Origin: a virus
Taxonomy: Duplodnaviria > Caudoviricetes
Length of the DNA: 64,000 nucleotides
Reading direction: 5' to 3' (one strand)
IMG/VR virus record: IMGVR_UViG_3300036803_000075
Location: 32,001-96,000 of that record
Positions 8,004-17,415 of the stretch are shown piece by piece. Under the pieces are notes generated by a model. That model saw only the letters and a program-made list of their open reading frames with translations. It made no database searches and had not been told where the DNA came from. Position 1 is the first letter of the stretch; every line of letters begins with the position of its first letter. The translations under genes and the position numbers were made by a program.

Positions 8004-8417
8004 CTAGGCGGTCGGAGCCGCCGGGGTGTTCGCGGTGACCGCGTCAGCGACCCGCTGCTTCTCAGCGTTGATCGTGTCGATGACAGCCTGAATCTTGGCC
8101 GGGTCGGTCTGGGCCGCAGCGAGCTGGGCCGCGATGTTGTCCAGGAGCGTGATGATCGACTCGTCCACGGTGGACGCGTCGGCTACCGCCTGGGTGAGGT
8201 CGTCGAGAGTCGCCATTTCGGCAGTTTCCTTTCGGTCTACATTGGCCAGCAGTTCGTAAATGATCCGCTGGTTGTACAGGATCGCGCCCTGACCCTGGGC
8301 AATCGCCACGACCCAGTCGTACAGGTCGTTGTACGGGTGAGGGCGTCGGTGGAGATTCAGCAGCTCTTGGGGCTGCCTCAGGGGATCGGTCACGGAGTCA
8401 GTGTAGGCCCGAGCCAC
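8004..8417 (-). CDS. Hypothetical helical/coiled-coil protein (an internal start at MATLDD is possible)
   Basis: ORF track; amphipathic Ala/Asp-rich C-terminal half. Confidence 0.65.
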   Translation of the reverse strand: MARAYTDSVTDPLRQPQELLNLHRRPHPYNDLYDWVVAIAQGQGAILYNQRIIYELLANVDRKETAEMATLDDLTQAVADASTVDESIITLLDNIAAQLAAAQTDPAKIQAVIDTINAEKQRVADAVTANTPAAPTA

Positions 8418-8488
8418 GCTTATCGCGCAACCTGTACGATCGCCGGCCGGAGCGGAATTACCGCTTCAATCGACCAAAAGGAGAACTC

Positions 8489-8710
8489 ATGGGCTTTTTC
8501 GACGACGACAAGCCGTACCGGTCCGGACCCAACCGGCGGGAGACCCACCGCCAGCAGTCCGACGGCTCCTGGCTGCCGGACAACGACCTGACCGAGTGGG
8601 ACTGCAACCGCCAGGCCAAGGTGCTCCTGCTGATCGGCGTAGCGGGCCTCAGCGCCATCCTGGGGATCCTGGGAGTAGGTATCTGGGGACTGGTGACCTG
8701 GCTCAGCTAG
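8489..8710 (+). CDS. Small membrane protein
   Basis: AGGAG SD; C-terminal hydrophobic helix. Confidence 0.65.
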   Translation: MGFFDDDKPYRSGPNRRETHRQQSDGSWLPDNDLTEWDCNRQAKVLLLIGVAGLSAILGILGVGIWGLVTWLS

Positions 8711-8817
8711 AGTACGGATACAGGCCCCGAGCGTCGCAATCGCGCTCGGGGCCTGGCTATGAGTTAGCATCTGACTCAGCCTCGGGACGGAAACCATTCC
8801 CCCGGTCTCGGGGTCAT

Positions 8818-8886
8818 AGGGGAGCCTTCGGCAAGGCGGCTGGTCTCCAACACCGGCCGGAGAGGGTTCGACACCTTCCTCCTCTG
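8818..8886 (+). tRNA. Atypical tRNA-Trp(CCA) with reduced D-arm and 6-bp anticodon stem
   Basis: AGGGGAG-CCTTCGGCAAGG-CG-GCTGGT-CTCCAAC-ACCGGC-CGGA-GAGGG-TTCGACA-CCTTC-CTCCTCT-G. Confidence 0.7.
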
Positions 8887-9026
8887 CTTGGGCGAGTCAA
8901 CGCGCGGTGTCCATGAGGGTTTAGTTGCGCGAAGGCTGGTGCAAGAGGGGCCAAACCTTACGCTCCTGGGTCCAAGGCCCAGCCTGCTCGCCCGTTTTCT
9001 TCCTCGGTACGGCCGACTCCCGATGT

Positions 9027-9269
9027 TTATATCTCGGGATCACCTGTTCGTTCAGGCCAGTGCCACGTGCCGCCCACCCGCTGCAATCCTCGGTCATCAA
9101 GATCAAAGCCGCCAAGCTCTAGCGGGTGGTGGTCCATCTTGTACTCCATGAAGACCGTCGCGCCGATCCGCTCGGGGTGCCGGCGGTCTACCTCGGTCAC
9201 CATGGCCGCGTAGCAGCGGTACAGGTCTGGGGTGGCGATATGAACGATCCGGCCGACGGAGGGGTTCAC
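9027..9269 (-). CDS. Hypothetical protein (PSVGRIVH...AAMVTEV...WHWP type)
   Basis: GTG start overlapping the upstream stop; motif pattern I recall from small actinobacterial phage proteins. Confidence 0.65.
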   Translation of the reverse strand: MNPSVGRIVHIATPDLYRCYAAMVTEVDRRHPERIGATVFMEYKMDHHPLELGGFDLDDRGLQRVGGTWHWPERTGDPEI

Positions 9270-9436
9270 CAGCGGTACCAACGGCCGCCGCCGCCACTGG
9301 ACCGCACGAAGAACCCGACCAGCCAGATCACCAGCACGACCACCGCGATGATCCAGAGGAAGTGCAGGGCTGAGCCCAGGAAGCCGCCCCCGAAGAGCAG
9401 CACGATCACCAGCAGTACTACCAGGAGAGCAATCAT
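9266..9436 (-). CDS. Small hydrophobic membrane protein (56 aa, MIALLVVLLVIVLLFGGGF...GRWYRW)
   Basis: Hand translation; translationally coupled at both ends (ATGA/GTGA overlaps). Confidence 0.7.
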   Translation of the reverse strand: MIALLVVLLVIVLLFGGGFLGSALHFLWIIAVVVLVIWLVGFFVRSSGGGGRWYRW

Positions 9437-9912
9437 GTCCGCAGAGTACCCACATTTTGGCCGATGGCGCGGTCTTCTTCAATCTCACTCCAGAAGTCGT
9501 CCCAGAACGGCTGCTGTGTAGCTAACCAGCTCGGCGGAAACATCACCGTCCGCAGCGGAACGACTGCGCCCCACTCCTTGATATTCACCCATTCCCACCC
9601 TGAGCAGCGATGAGGCTCTCGATTGACCGGATCAAGGTCACCTGGGCGGGCGCTGACATAGAAGTGAACGTAGTGGTCATGGCCATAGAGGCCGGGGTCG
9701 TTGACAACACCTCGAACTCGCACGTCAGTGAGCAGCAGCCCGCACTCTTCCTCAGCCTCCCTGAGGGCGGTCTCCTGGATGGTCTCTCCATATTCCACAT
9801 GGCCGCCCGGAGCTGCCCAGAGACCGTCTCCGACACCCTTACGCCTGCCCAGGAGTACCTTCCCCTCCCGGTAGATCCAGATGCCTACTCCTACCCGGAT
9901 GTGTCTCTCCAT
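9433..9912 (-). CDS. Nudix hydrolase
   Basis: Nudix box GGHVEYGETIQETALREAEEECG; NREPHRCSGWEW tail. Confidence 0.92.
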   Translation of the reverse strand: MERHIRVGVGIWIYREGKVLLGRRKGVGDGLWAAPGGHVEYGETIQETALREAEEECGLLLTDVRVRGVVNDPGLYGHDHYVHFYVSARPGDLDPVNREPHRCSGWEWVNIKEWGAVVPLRTVMFPPSWLATQQPFWDDFWSEIEEDRAIGQNVGTLRT

Positions 9913-10427
9913 GGCAGACAGTCTAAACAGACCTTTTTCTAGGTCTACCTCTCTATAGATACCTATTACATCTTGTTATATGTACTTAAACATGGGAAGG
10001 GCTAACCCCACCCCATGCGCCGAGGCTCCGTGAGACCGCTCCTCTGGGCACGCCCATGGGACGGCCGACTTTTTGTGCGTCGTCGACCGCCTCAGGTACC
10101 CGCAGGGCTAGCAAGGCCTCTACGCCGGGAGCCGGTTCTCCCAAGTCTCTGACCGGACCTGCTCTCGTACGCCCTGCCGGACGTACCGGGGTCAGCAGAC
10201 AGCGACCCGTCGTGCTCAATGCTTACTGCGCTGGTGGGGTATTTGATGGGTGTCAGTTGGGTCATCAAGTTGGAAGTTCGAAGACAACGTTCCAAGGCTT
10301 GCAGATTCTTGGGGAACCCGCGTAACCTCAAACCGTTCTCTTCGCCGAGGGAACACACTAGACCTCCAGCCGTAGAGTGGCAATGCCCTCCGGACCTACT
10401 GGAGGTCTAGTGCGGTCTAGGCACAGA

Positions 10428-10456
10428 AAAGCCCCTCAGAGCGAATCTGAGGGGCT
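10428..10456 (-). terminator. Intrinsic terminator
   Basis: AGCCCCTCAGA-GCGAA-TCTGAGGGGCT with TTTT on the minus strand, downstream of 10471-11265. Confidence 0.65.
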
Positions 10457-10470
10457 GACTGCTGTCGGGG

Positions 10471-11265
10471 CTACCTGGCCCAGGGCTCGAAGGGCCTGGT
10501 CTCCCAGGTGCCGTGTCGCATGCCGGCCTGACGCCGTATGGCGTCCAGCTCCTGCATGTGCCGGTGGGCGCTCTTCTGCTCCGCCTGGTCGGCCACCGAG
10601 TCCGGGTAGAGGTGCCGGTACGACTCGTACTCCTTCGGGGCGCTCGTCCCGTACTTGTTGTAGATGTGCTTGTACTTCTCCGCGTGGGCGGCCGGGTCCT
10701 CGTGCCGCAGCGGATCCTGGTGCGGGTCCAGATAGTGATCCTGGAACGTCCCGAGGTTGAAGTACGCCTTCTGCTTGTTCTTCAAGGCGAACTTGCGGAC
10801 GTGGTCCTCTTTGTCGAAGTGCTTGGAGGCGTCCAGGTAAACCGAGCCGTCGGACTTGTCCAGCCAGCCGCCCTGGTGAGCGCCAGGTTCCAAGAGCTTG
10901 TCCTTCATGGCGTCACGGTGGCTGGCGAGATCCTCAGGCTTGAGATCCTGGAGCTTGTGGACCCGACCAAATCCCTTGCCCTCGGTGTCCTCGTACGAGG
11001 CCATGAAGCCCTTCTTGGGGCTGTCCCGCCAGGGATGCGAGGAGAAGCCACCGTTGGAGATCACATCGTGCAGGCGGTTGCGGTCGAAGTCGGAAACGCC
11101 AGGCGGATTGATCTGGGCAGCGGTCCGGGTCGCGGTACGGCCCAGGCCGACCAGCAGCCGGTGTGCTTCGTCCGGATCCTCCGGCAGGATGACATGGACC
11201 ATCCGCTCGCCGCCGCCGGACGCGGCGGTACGGGCAAGCGACCATTGCTCGGACAGAAGGCTCAT
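10471..11265 (-). CDS. Hypothetical protein
   Basis: 264-aa ORF with phage-like codon usage; GGWLD..DG.VYLD motif; followed by a terminator. Confidence 0.7.
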   Translation of the reverse strand: MSLLSEQWSLARTAASGGGERMVHVILPEDPDEAHRLLVGLGRTATRTAAQINPPGVSDFDRNRLHDVISNGGFSSHPWRDSPKKGFMASYEDTEGKGFGRVHKLQDLKPEDLASHRDAMKDKLLEPGAHQGGWLDKSDGSVYLDASKHFDKEDHVRKFALKNKQKAYFNLGTFQDHYLDPHQDPLRHEDPAAHAEKYKHIYNKYGTSAPKEYESYRHLYPDSVADQAEQKSAHRHMQELDAIRRQAGMRHGTWETRPFEPWAR

Positions 11266-11472
11266 GAAAAGATCTTAACCGCCATACCCCAAAGAATCTA
11301 TGATTGCCAGGACGGACCGCCGGAAGTTACGTTTCAGTCCTCGGGAGCTGTCATATGTAGGAGTCTTTGGGGGTCTCTCAATACCACGCTCTACCAAGAA
11401 AACTGGGTGGCGTGATAGCGTGACTACGAGGTCACACAATTCGGGGAGGCAGTTATCAGCATCGACCAGTCG

Positions 11473-11781
11473 GTGGCATCTGCCGTAGCCGGCGCCCATC
11501 TGATCGAGCGGGCCCTGCACGACCCACATAACTGGGAGATCGGCTGGGGCCCCTTCCGCGTACCCGCGATCCGCCAGGTACTCCATGACAAGGTGGTCTT
11601 CACCGCTACCTTCCCATCCAGCTTTGGGTCGTACGAGCCGCTGCTGAGCCTCTACGTCGACGGAGAGCTGCAGTCGGTACGCGCGGTACCGGCGGTTGAT
11701 GACGAGGGCCGAGAGACTGGCTCCGTGCCCTTTGAGGTTCGCTGGGAATTGGCCGTTGGCCAGCAGCCCATCGCAGCCTGA
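11473..11781 (+). CDS. Hypothetical protein
   Basis: ORF track; GGGGAGG upstream. Confidence 0.55.
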   Translation: MASAVAGAHLIERALHDPHNWEIGWGPFRVPAIRQVLHDKVVFTATFPSSFGSYEPLLSLYVDGELQSVRAVPAVDDEGRETGSVPFEVRWELAVGQQPIAA

Positions 11782-13378
11782 GGACTGGCCCGAGGGGGCG
11801 ATTTATCATTCGCGCCTCGGGCTGTTCGCATTTCAAAACGAAGGTGTAGCCCAGGCGTATCTGCGCCGGCAGGCCATGGTGATTTTCGACCAGGGCCTAG
11901 GAAAAACTCACATCGCCATGAGACTAGCCGCCCTCCTGCGGGAGGATGACGAGCTGTCCACCTGCATGGTGGTCTGCGAACGCAACACTCTGCGGCAGTG
12001 GCGAGACTTCTTCGGCCAGTTCACCAGGCTGGACCCGCTGATCATCCATGGGCCCAAACGCCAGGAGCGACTGGCCAGGTACGTCGCCAGCCAAGGTCGG
12101 CTACCGGACGTGCTTATCAGTACGTACGAGACTCTCCGACTCGACACCACGGTCGCCACTGTCGGCAAGAGCAAACGGACCTCGCGTACGGACGGCTGGC
12201 TGCTGGAACGACTACTCCCGGCGGCCGGCAAGATGCTCCTGGTCTACGACGAAGTTTCCAAGCTTAAGAACCGAAACTCCGCCACCTACAAGGCTCACGA
12301 GCGCACGCTGGTCAGGCTACGGCGGGCGAACAAAGACCTGCGGGTACTGGGGCTGACCGCGACCCCGATCTCCAAGGACCGGGATGACGCCTTCAACGAG
12401 TACCGGCTGGTCTGCCCCGGCTCCATGCCGCCCATCGGGCATTACCAGACCTACTTCCACAAGGGCTACGACCGGTACGGCCGGCCGCGCTGGCATTCCT
12501 TCCGACTGGACGAGTTCGACGCTCTGTGTACGCCCTGGACGATCCGCAAGCGCAAGTCCGATGACGATGTACGGGACCAGTTCCCTGAGCTGGTAGAGCA
12601 GAGCTGGCAGATCGAGATGAAGGACGACCAGAAGCGGCTGTACGAGCTTGTGGAGGACTTGGGGCTCAAGCCGGACAGTTGGCCTGCCGACCGGCCCTGG
12701 GAGCCTCCTGGTGGTCTCTGGACGGTACTACGGCAGGTCGTGGCCCATCCGGCCTCGCTGACACTCTCCGATGGCATCATCTCCCGGCTGATCGTCGAGG
12801 AGCTGGGCGCCGACTACCTGCGGAGCATCTCCTCCACCAAGACCGAGGCCCTGGTGGAGTACCTACGGCCCATCGTGCTCGGCCAGGGCGCCAAGGCGGT
12901 GGTCTTTTCCTTCTTCGGACAGTCGGTTCTGCCCCTGTTGGCCGAGGCGCTGCGCACGGCCAGGATGCTGGTCTTCACCTACCACGGCGGCATGACCGAC
13001 ACAGAGCGTAACCAGGCCATCGCGGCATTCCGCTCTTCAGCTGAGCCGTGCGTCTTCCTCTCATCCGACGCCGGAGCCAGGGGGATCAACCTCCCCGAGG
13101 GCGAGTACGTGATCGAGTACGAGTCGGCCGGCACCCATGAGATTCGGGAGCAGCGGATCAACCGCTGTAGCCGGATCGACGGCACCAAGAAGCTGCTCAC
13201 CGCCATGACGTTCGTGGTGGACGGGACGGTCGAGGTGCCCATCATCAAGAAGATGATCGAGCGCAACCAGGCCCATGACAGTGTCCGGGGAGACCAGGAC
13301 GCCGAGGGTACGTTCATGTCTGCCGAAGAGCGGGCCGAGGTACTCAGACTTTCCTTGATGAGTAGGAGAAAAAGATGA
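11696..13378 (+). CDS. SNF2-family helicase (true start probably TTG at 11756)
   Basis: DQGLGKT Walker A, ISTYETL, VYDEVSKLKN, GLTATP, SSDAGARGINL, QRINRCSRI. Confidence 0.9.
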   Translation: MMTRAERLAPCPLRFAGNWPLASSPSQPEDWPEGAIYHSRLGLFAFQNEGVAQAYLRRQAMVIFDQGLGKTHIAMRLAALLREDDELSTCMVVCERNTLRQWRDFFGQFTRLDPLIIHGPKRQERLARYVASQGRLPDVLISTYETLRLDTTVATVGKSKRTSRTDGWLLERLLPAAGKMLLVYDEVSKLKNRNSATYKAHERTLVRLRRANKDLRVLGLTATPISKDRDDAFNEYRLVCPGSMPPIGHYQTYFHKGYDRYGRPRWHSFRLDEFDALCTPWTIRKRKSDDDVRDQFPELVEQSWQIEMKDDQKRLYELVEDLGLKPDSWPADRPWEPPGGLWTVLRQVVAHPASLTLSDGIISRLIVEELGADYLRSISSTKTEALVEYLRPIVLGQGAKAVVFSFFGQSVLPLLAEALRTARMLVFTYHGGMTDTERNQAIAAFRSSAEPCVFLSSDAGARGINLPEGEYVIEYESAGTHEIREQRINRCSRIDGTKKLLTAMTFVVDGTVEVPIIKKMIERNQAHDSVRGDQDAEGTFMSAEERAEVLRLSLMSRRKR

Positions 13379-13587
13379 GCCCGACCGTACACTCAGCCGA
13401 CGACGGTTACTACGACCCCTTCGCCGAGATGGACGCCACCAGCGAGCGAAACTGGGTAGCCGATCATCCCGGATACAGCATCCAGACGCCGCCCGGGTTC
13501 CTGAAGATCAACCGGTTTCCGGTCTGCGACCGCTGTGGCTCGCTCGTCGTGAACACGACCAAGCATGACGAGCGCTGCCCTCTCTAG
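13375..13587 (+). CDS. Small putative zinc-binding protein
   Basis: CxxC...H..C; ATGA overlap with the helicase. Confidence 0.6.
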   Translation: MSPTVHSADDGYYDPFAEMDATSERNWVADHPGYSIQTPPGFLKINRFPVCDRCGSLVVNTTKHDERCPL

Positions 13588-13645
13588 GCATACTGCCCAA
13601 CATTTTTAGAGGATTGGCTAGACCTGCATCGTTTGAAGTGGTTCA

Positions 13646-15004
13646 ATGGCCGACGTGAGCCACTCTTACGATCAAACTCCGGTAGCCGAGATCGAGCAGG
13701 TTACCCGCATGTTCCACAAGGGTGCGACCATTCGCGTCTTCGTCATAGGCGGAAAGTACTGGTACGCGGCCGTCGACATCGGCAAGGTGCTAGGCATCGG
13801 GCGTAACGGGCCAGAAGTCCGAAGGTACCTGGAGACCGGCTTCATGACCGTCAACCTGACCGGGTTCGCCGAGGCCAACCCGGGTCTGGTGGACCTGGCC
13901 CAGACCAAAAACGGTCTGCTGGTCCTGGTGAACGACCCAGCGGTCGACACCCTCACCCGCTACGGCATGCAAATGGGCCGGTGTGTGGAGAAAGAGGGCT
14001 GGTACATGATGGCGAAAGAGGAGCCTCAACAGCAGGTCATCCAGACCGCAGCCAAGCCGTTGTCGCAGACGCCGGTCACCGAACTCATCGAGCAGGAGGA
14101 GACCACAGAAGAGATCCTCAAAGCTTTCGAACAAGCAGAGAAGGTACACGTGACCATCAGGCCAAAACCGAGACCGCCAAGGAAGGACACCCGCATGCCC
14201 AACAGCCCCATCAGCATCCGTCCGGAGAGGATTAGCCCGGACCAGGCCCGTCGATACCTGGCGGCCAACACCAGCAACCGCAACATCCGCCGTGAGCTGG
14301 TCAAGGTTTATGCCCGCGATATGGCCGAAGGCCGTTGGAAGGACAACGGCGAGACGATCAAGTTCTCCAAGGACGGCGTCCTGATAGACGGCCAGCACCG
14401 GCTGGAGGCCGTCGTCCAGGCCAACGTGACCATCTCCATGGTGGTGGTGCGAGGGCTCAACGCCGACGTACAGGCCACCATCGACGCCGGAGCCAAGCGG
14501 ACCGCAGGCGACGCTCTCAAGCTGCGCGGTGAGATGTACGGGCGCACCCTCGCTGCCGTCGCCCGACGCTGCCTGATCTGGGAGGCCAGCGACCGCAAGG
14601 ACATGGACCCGTCCCATCGGTCGGTTTCCCACCAGGAGGTCATCGATTACGTGGCCGCCCACCCCGACCTGCAGAACGCCACCGACTTCGCCCAGCACAT
14701 CACCGGAAGCCGGCCGGCTCCGTTGTCGGTCATGGGCTTCAGCTACTGGGCGCTCGCACAGATCTCCCAGGATGATGCCGACCTGTTCTTCGAGGGCCTG
14801 ACCACAGGCGTTAACCTGACGCCGGGCAATCCCGTACTGGCGCTGCGGAATCGGCTGCTGGATGTCCGCTACCGCAGGTACTCAGCTCAGGATGACCGAG
14901 AGAAGGTCGCGCTGATCTTCAAGGGCTGGAACTTCTTCCGGGCCGGTCGCCCTGTCCAGATCCTGAAGTTCATGAAGTCCGAGTCCTTCCCCATCCCGAA
15001 GTAA
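13646..15004 (+). CDS. BRO-N-like domain fused to a ParB-like (DGQHRL) domain
   Basis: N-terminal IRVF..GGKYWYAAVDIGKVLG (BRO-N-like); NRNIR...YARDM..G.W..NGETIKF...GVLIDGQHRLEAVV. Confidence 0.75.
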   Translation: MADVSHSYDQTPVAEIEQVTRMFHKGATIRVFVIGGKYWYAAVDIGKVLGIGRNGPEVRRYLETGFMTVNLTGFAEANPGLVDLAQTKNGLLVLVNDPAVDTLTRYGMQMGRCVEKEGWYMMAKEEPQQQVIQTAAKPLSQTPVTELIEQEETTEEILKAFEQAEKVHVTIRPKPRPPRKDTRMPNSPISIRPERISPDQARRYLAANTSNRNIRRELVKVYARDMAEGRWKDNGETIKFSKDGVLIDGQHRLEAVVQANVTISMVVVRGLNADVQATIDAGAKRTAGDALKLRGEMYGRTLAAVARRCLIWEASDRKDMDPSHRSVSHQEVIDYVAAHPDLQNATDFAQHITGSRPAPLSVMGFSYWALAQISQDDADLFFEGLTTGVNLTPGNPVLALRNRLLDVRYRRYSAQDDREKVALIFKGWNFFRAGRPVQILKFMKSESFPIPK

Positions 15005-15050
15005 GCCCCCTCTACCCACCGTCCCTTTTCTGCCAGGAAGGCAAACCCTC

Positions 15051-15686
15051 ATGCAGATCACTCGTAAGAAGGTGGCCATCGCGGTCACTGCGGCCGTCAT
15101 TGCCGCCATCGGAATCCTGGCCGGCTGTACCAGCCTGCCGTCAGCCCAGCAGGCCGCCGTCAACCGGTCCCAGACCCGGGCGAACTACGTCCCCAAGAAC
15201 GACGTGGAGGGGCGCAACTACAACGCCCGCCAGCGTCTGGCCGACGACCCCACCGCGATCGTCTGGTGCTCGGTCTACCCGAACAACCAGACGGTCAAGC
15301 CCTACACCGTCCCGATCGCCGGCAAGCTCACCTCGGGCAACAAGCGGCCCTACCCGACGAGCCAGTTCAGCAATGGGACCAACGACAACACCAATAGCCC
15401 CGAGCTGCCCGGCACCGACGGCTTCTACGGCAGCTCCAGTGACTACTCCTACGGCTTCGACCCGGCCGGTGTTTACTGGGAGTTCCACAACGCCGATTTC
15501 ACCTGTACGTCCTCGCCGACCTTGATCCAGAAGAACAGCACCACCTTCTCGGTCACCACCGCACCGGACCAGCTCACGTCAGCGGACCTCCGCGCCGAGG
15601 CGGCCCTCAAGGCCTGCCGGGCGACCAACCCGGACCCGTCCGCTCCGTGCCCGGCCGCCGCACAGATTCTGGGGATCAAGCCGTGA
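15051..15686 (+). CDS. Lipoprotein
   Basis: Basic N-terminus, hydrophobic stretch, LAGC lipobox. Confidence 0.8.
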   Translation: MQITRKKVAIAVTAAVIAAIGILAGCTSLPSAQQAAVNRSQTRANYVPKNDVEGRNYNARQRLADDPTAIVWCSVYPNNQTVKPYTVPIAGKLTSGNKRPYPTSQFSNGTNDNTNSPELPGTDGFYGSSSDYSYGFDPAGVYWEFHNADFTCTSSPTLIQKNSTTFSVTTAPDQLTSADLRAEAALKACRATNPDPSAPCPAAAQILGIKP

Positions 15687-16099
15687 GTACTGCCAAAGCG
15701 ATCTTCACCGCGATTGTCAGTCTGCTGGGCATAGCACTCATCCTGGTCGTGTTCGGTTTCTTCGCCGGCTGGTTCCGGGCTGGAGTCGAGGTCATCAGCC
15801 CTGAGAACGTCAAGGCTCAGTACCAGTTCGGCTACAGCTACGACCGTGGCATGGTCGCGCTGGCCGGCACCTGGTGTTCGGCGAAGCAGGCTGAAACGAC
15901 CGAGACGAACCCCGATTACAAGGCCCAGCGGGCCAGCCAGACACTGGCGTACGGCAATCAGTACAGGTCCGTCGAGGCTCAGTACGACGCGGCGATGGCC
16001 AACGCCTTCCAGGCAAAGCACGTCAAGCCCGCAGATCTGCCGCTGGTCGCTCCGACGTTGCCCGAGAGGGTGGCGAGCTTGGGGCTGACCTGCGGATAG
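15683..16099 (+). CDS. Membrane-anchored hypothetical protein
   Basis: GTG start overlapping the lipoprotein stop; N-terminal TM helix. Confidence 0.7.
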   Translation: MSTAKAIFTAIVSLLGIALILVVFGFFAGWFRAGVEVISPENVKAQYQFGYSYDRGMVALAGTWCSAKQAETTETNPDYKAQRASQTLAYGNQYRSVEAQYDAAMANAFQAKHVKPADLPLVAPTLPERVASLGLTCG

Positions 16100-16106
16100 T
16101 AAGACC

Positions 16107-16180
16107 GGGACGGTAGCTCAGTCGGTTAGAGCGGCGCTCTGATAAGGCGCAGGCCGGAGGTTCGATTCCTCCTCGTCCCA
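16107..16180 (+). tRNA. tRNA-Ile(GAT), also the leader of repeat array A
   Basis: GGGACGGTAGCTCAGTCGGTTAGAGCGGCGCTCTGATAAGGCGCAGGCCGGAGGTTCGATTCCTCCTCGTCCCA is a canonical cloverleaf. Confidence 0.93.
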
Positions 16181-16680
16181 CGGCTACTCAGGTAGCTCGT
16201 GGCGCGGTTGGGCATGGCACGGCCAGGCGAGGCACGGCCTGGTTTGGCGCGGCGGGGCATGGCTTGGGATTTACCAGGACGACCGGCAGTCTCTGGGGTT
16301 CGAGACCTCAGCGTCCACGCCCACTTTGGTGGGTCATGGTGCGGTCGGGCGTGGCATGGCGTGGCACGGCGTGATGCGGCAAGGCTTGGGATCTACGGGG
16401 TGACTGGCAGCCATCAGGGTTCGAGGCCCTGACATCCACGCTCGCTTTGGGCGGGTCAGGGCATGGCCGGACGCGGTTCGGCACGGTGGGGTGCGGCATG
16501 GCGTGGTGCGGCATGGCTAGGCCTGGCGTGGGATCTACAGCGGCAGTGGCACACGTCCTGGTTCGAGTCCAGGAGCCGCACGCACGGCTCGGCTGGGTCA
16601 GGTGTGGCAGGGCGACGTGTGGCATGGCTGGGAATATACAGCGGCAGATGCGTCCTGGTTCGAATCCGGGAGTCTGCACG
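16181..16680 (+). repeat. Array A: four GGY-NN pentamer tracts separated by tRNA-like minihelices (putative guide-RNA array)
   Basis: Tracts 16201-16265 (13 units), 16338-16387 (10), 16460-16529 (14), 16586-16630 (9); minihelices 16277-16317, 16398-16438, 16540-16580, 16644-16678. Confidence 0.92.
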
Positions 16681-16808
16681 CACTACGAAGCTGAGTAGGT
16701 TGGCTAAGCCAACCCCTATCAGCCTAACCACTACTTGACGCAGAGTCGAAAAGGTGATTCCATTCCTCTCGTCATAACCGCCAGAGATCAGGGAGAGGAA
16801 CCCCAAAA

Positions 16809-17414
16809 GTGGCGATCAACGATATGAAGCTAAAACTGACCGGGACGACCCCGGTGCTGTTTCACAACAGCCAGCTCGTCAACCCGTTCAACCCGATCAA
16901 CCGGGAGAAGAAGAAGCTCACGGACAAGCGCACCAAGCAGACCGACGAGGACCGCATCCAGGTCGCTCGGCTGGAATGGACAGGCGGCTGGTACTGGAAC
17001 GACGAGCACGGACCCATCCTGCCGATGATCAACGTCTACGCGGCGCTGCTGAAGGCGGCCAAGAGCACGCGCAACGGTCCTCTGGTCGACAAGGGCGTCA
17101 ACTTCTTGCGCCTGACCGAGCCCCTGCAGTACGACGGCCCCCGTGACCTGGACGGCCTGTGGGGCAACGGCATCGGCGAGGGTGGCGACCACCCCTCTCC
17201 GTACGTCGATTACCAGGCCGTCGGCCAGCAGGCGGTCAAGATCATGCGCTGCCGGCCGAAGCTGAGCGAGTGGGAGCTTGACACCGTCTTCGGAGTGGAC
17301 GACACGGTCATCGATCCCGAGGCGTTCCTCGGATTCATGGCCTACGCTGGCAAGTACATCGGTGTTGGGGACTTCCGTGCTATGTACGGTAAGTTCAGCG
17401 TCAAGGAGGTCTGA
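16809..17414 (+). CDS. Cas7/RAMP-like protein, putative effector of the GGY-NN array
   Basis: N-terminal strand LKLTGTTPVLFHN, PILP..NVYAALLKAAK, RCRP...W, C-terminal Gly-rich loop AGKYIGVGDFRAMYGKFSV; flanked on both sides by the arrays. Confidence 0.75.
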   Translation: MAINDMKLKLTGTTPVLFHNSQLVNPFNPINREKKKLTDKRTKQTDEDRIQVARLEWTGGWYWNDEHGPILPMINVYAALLKAAKSTRNGPLVDKGVNFLRLTEPLQYDGPRDLDGLWGNGIGEGGDHPSPYVDYQAVGQQAVKIMRCRPKLSEWELDTVFGVDDTVIDPEAFLGFMAYAGKYIGVGDFRAMYGKFSVKEV

Positions 17415-17415
17415 G

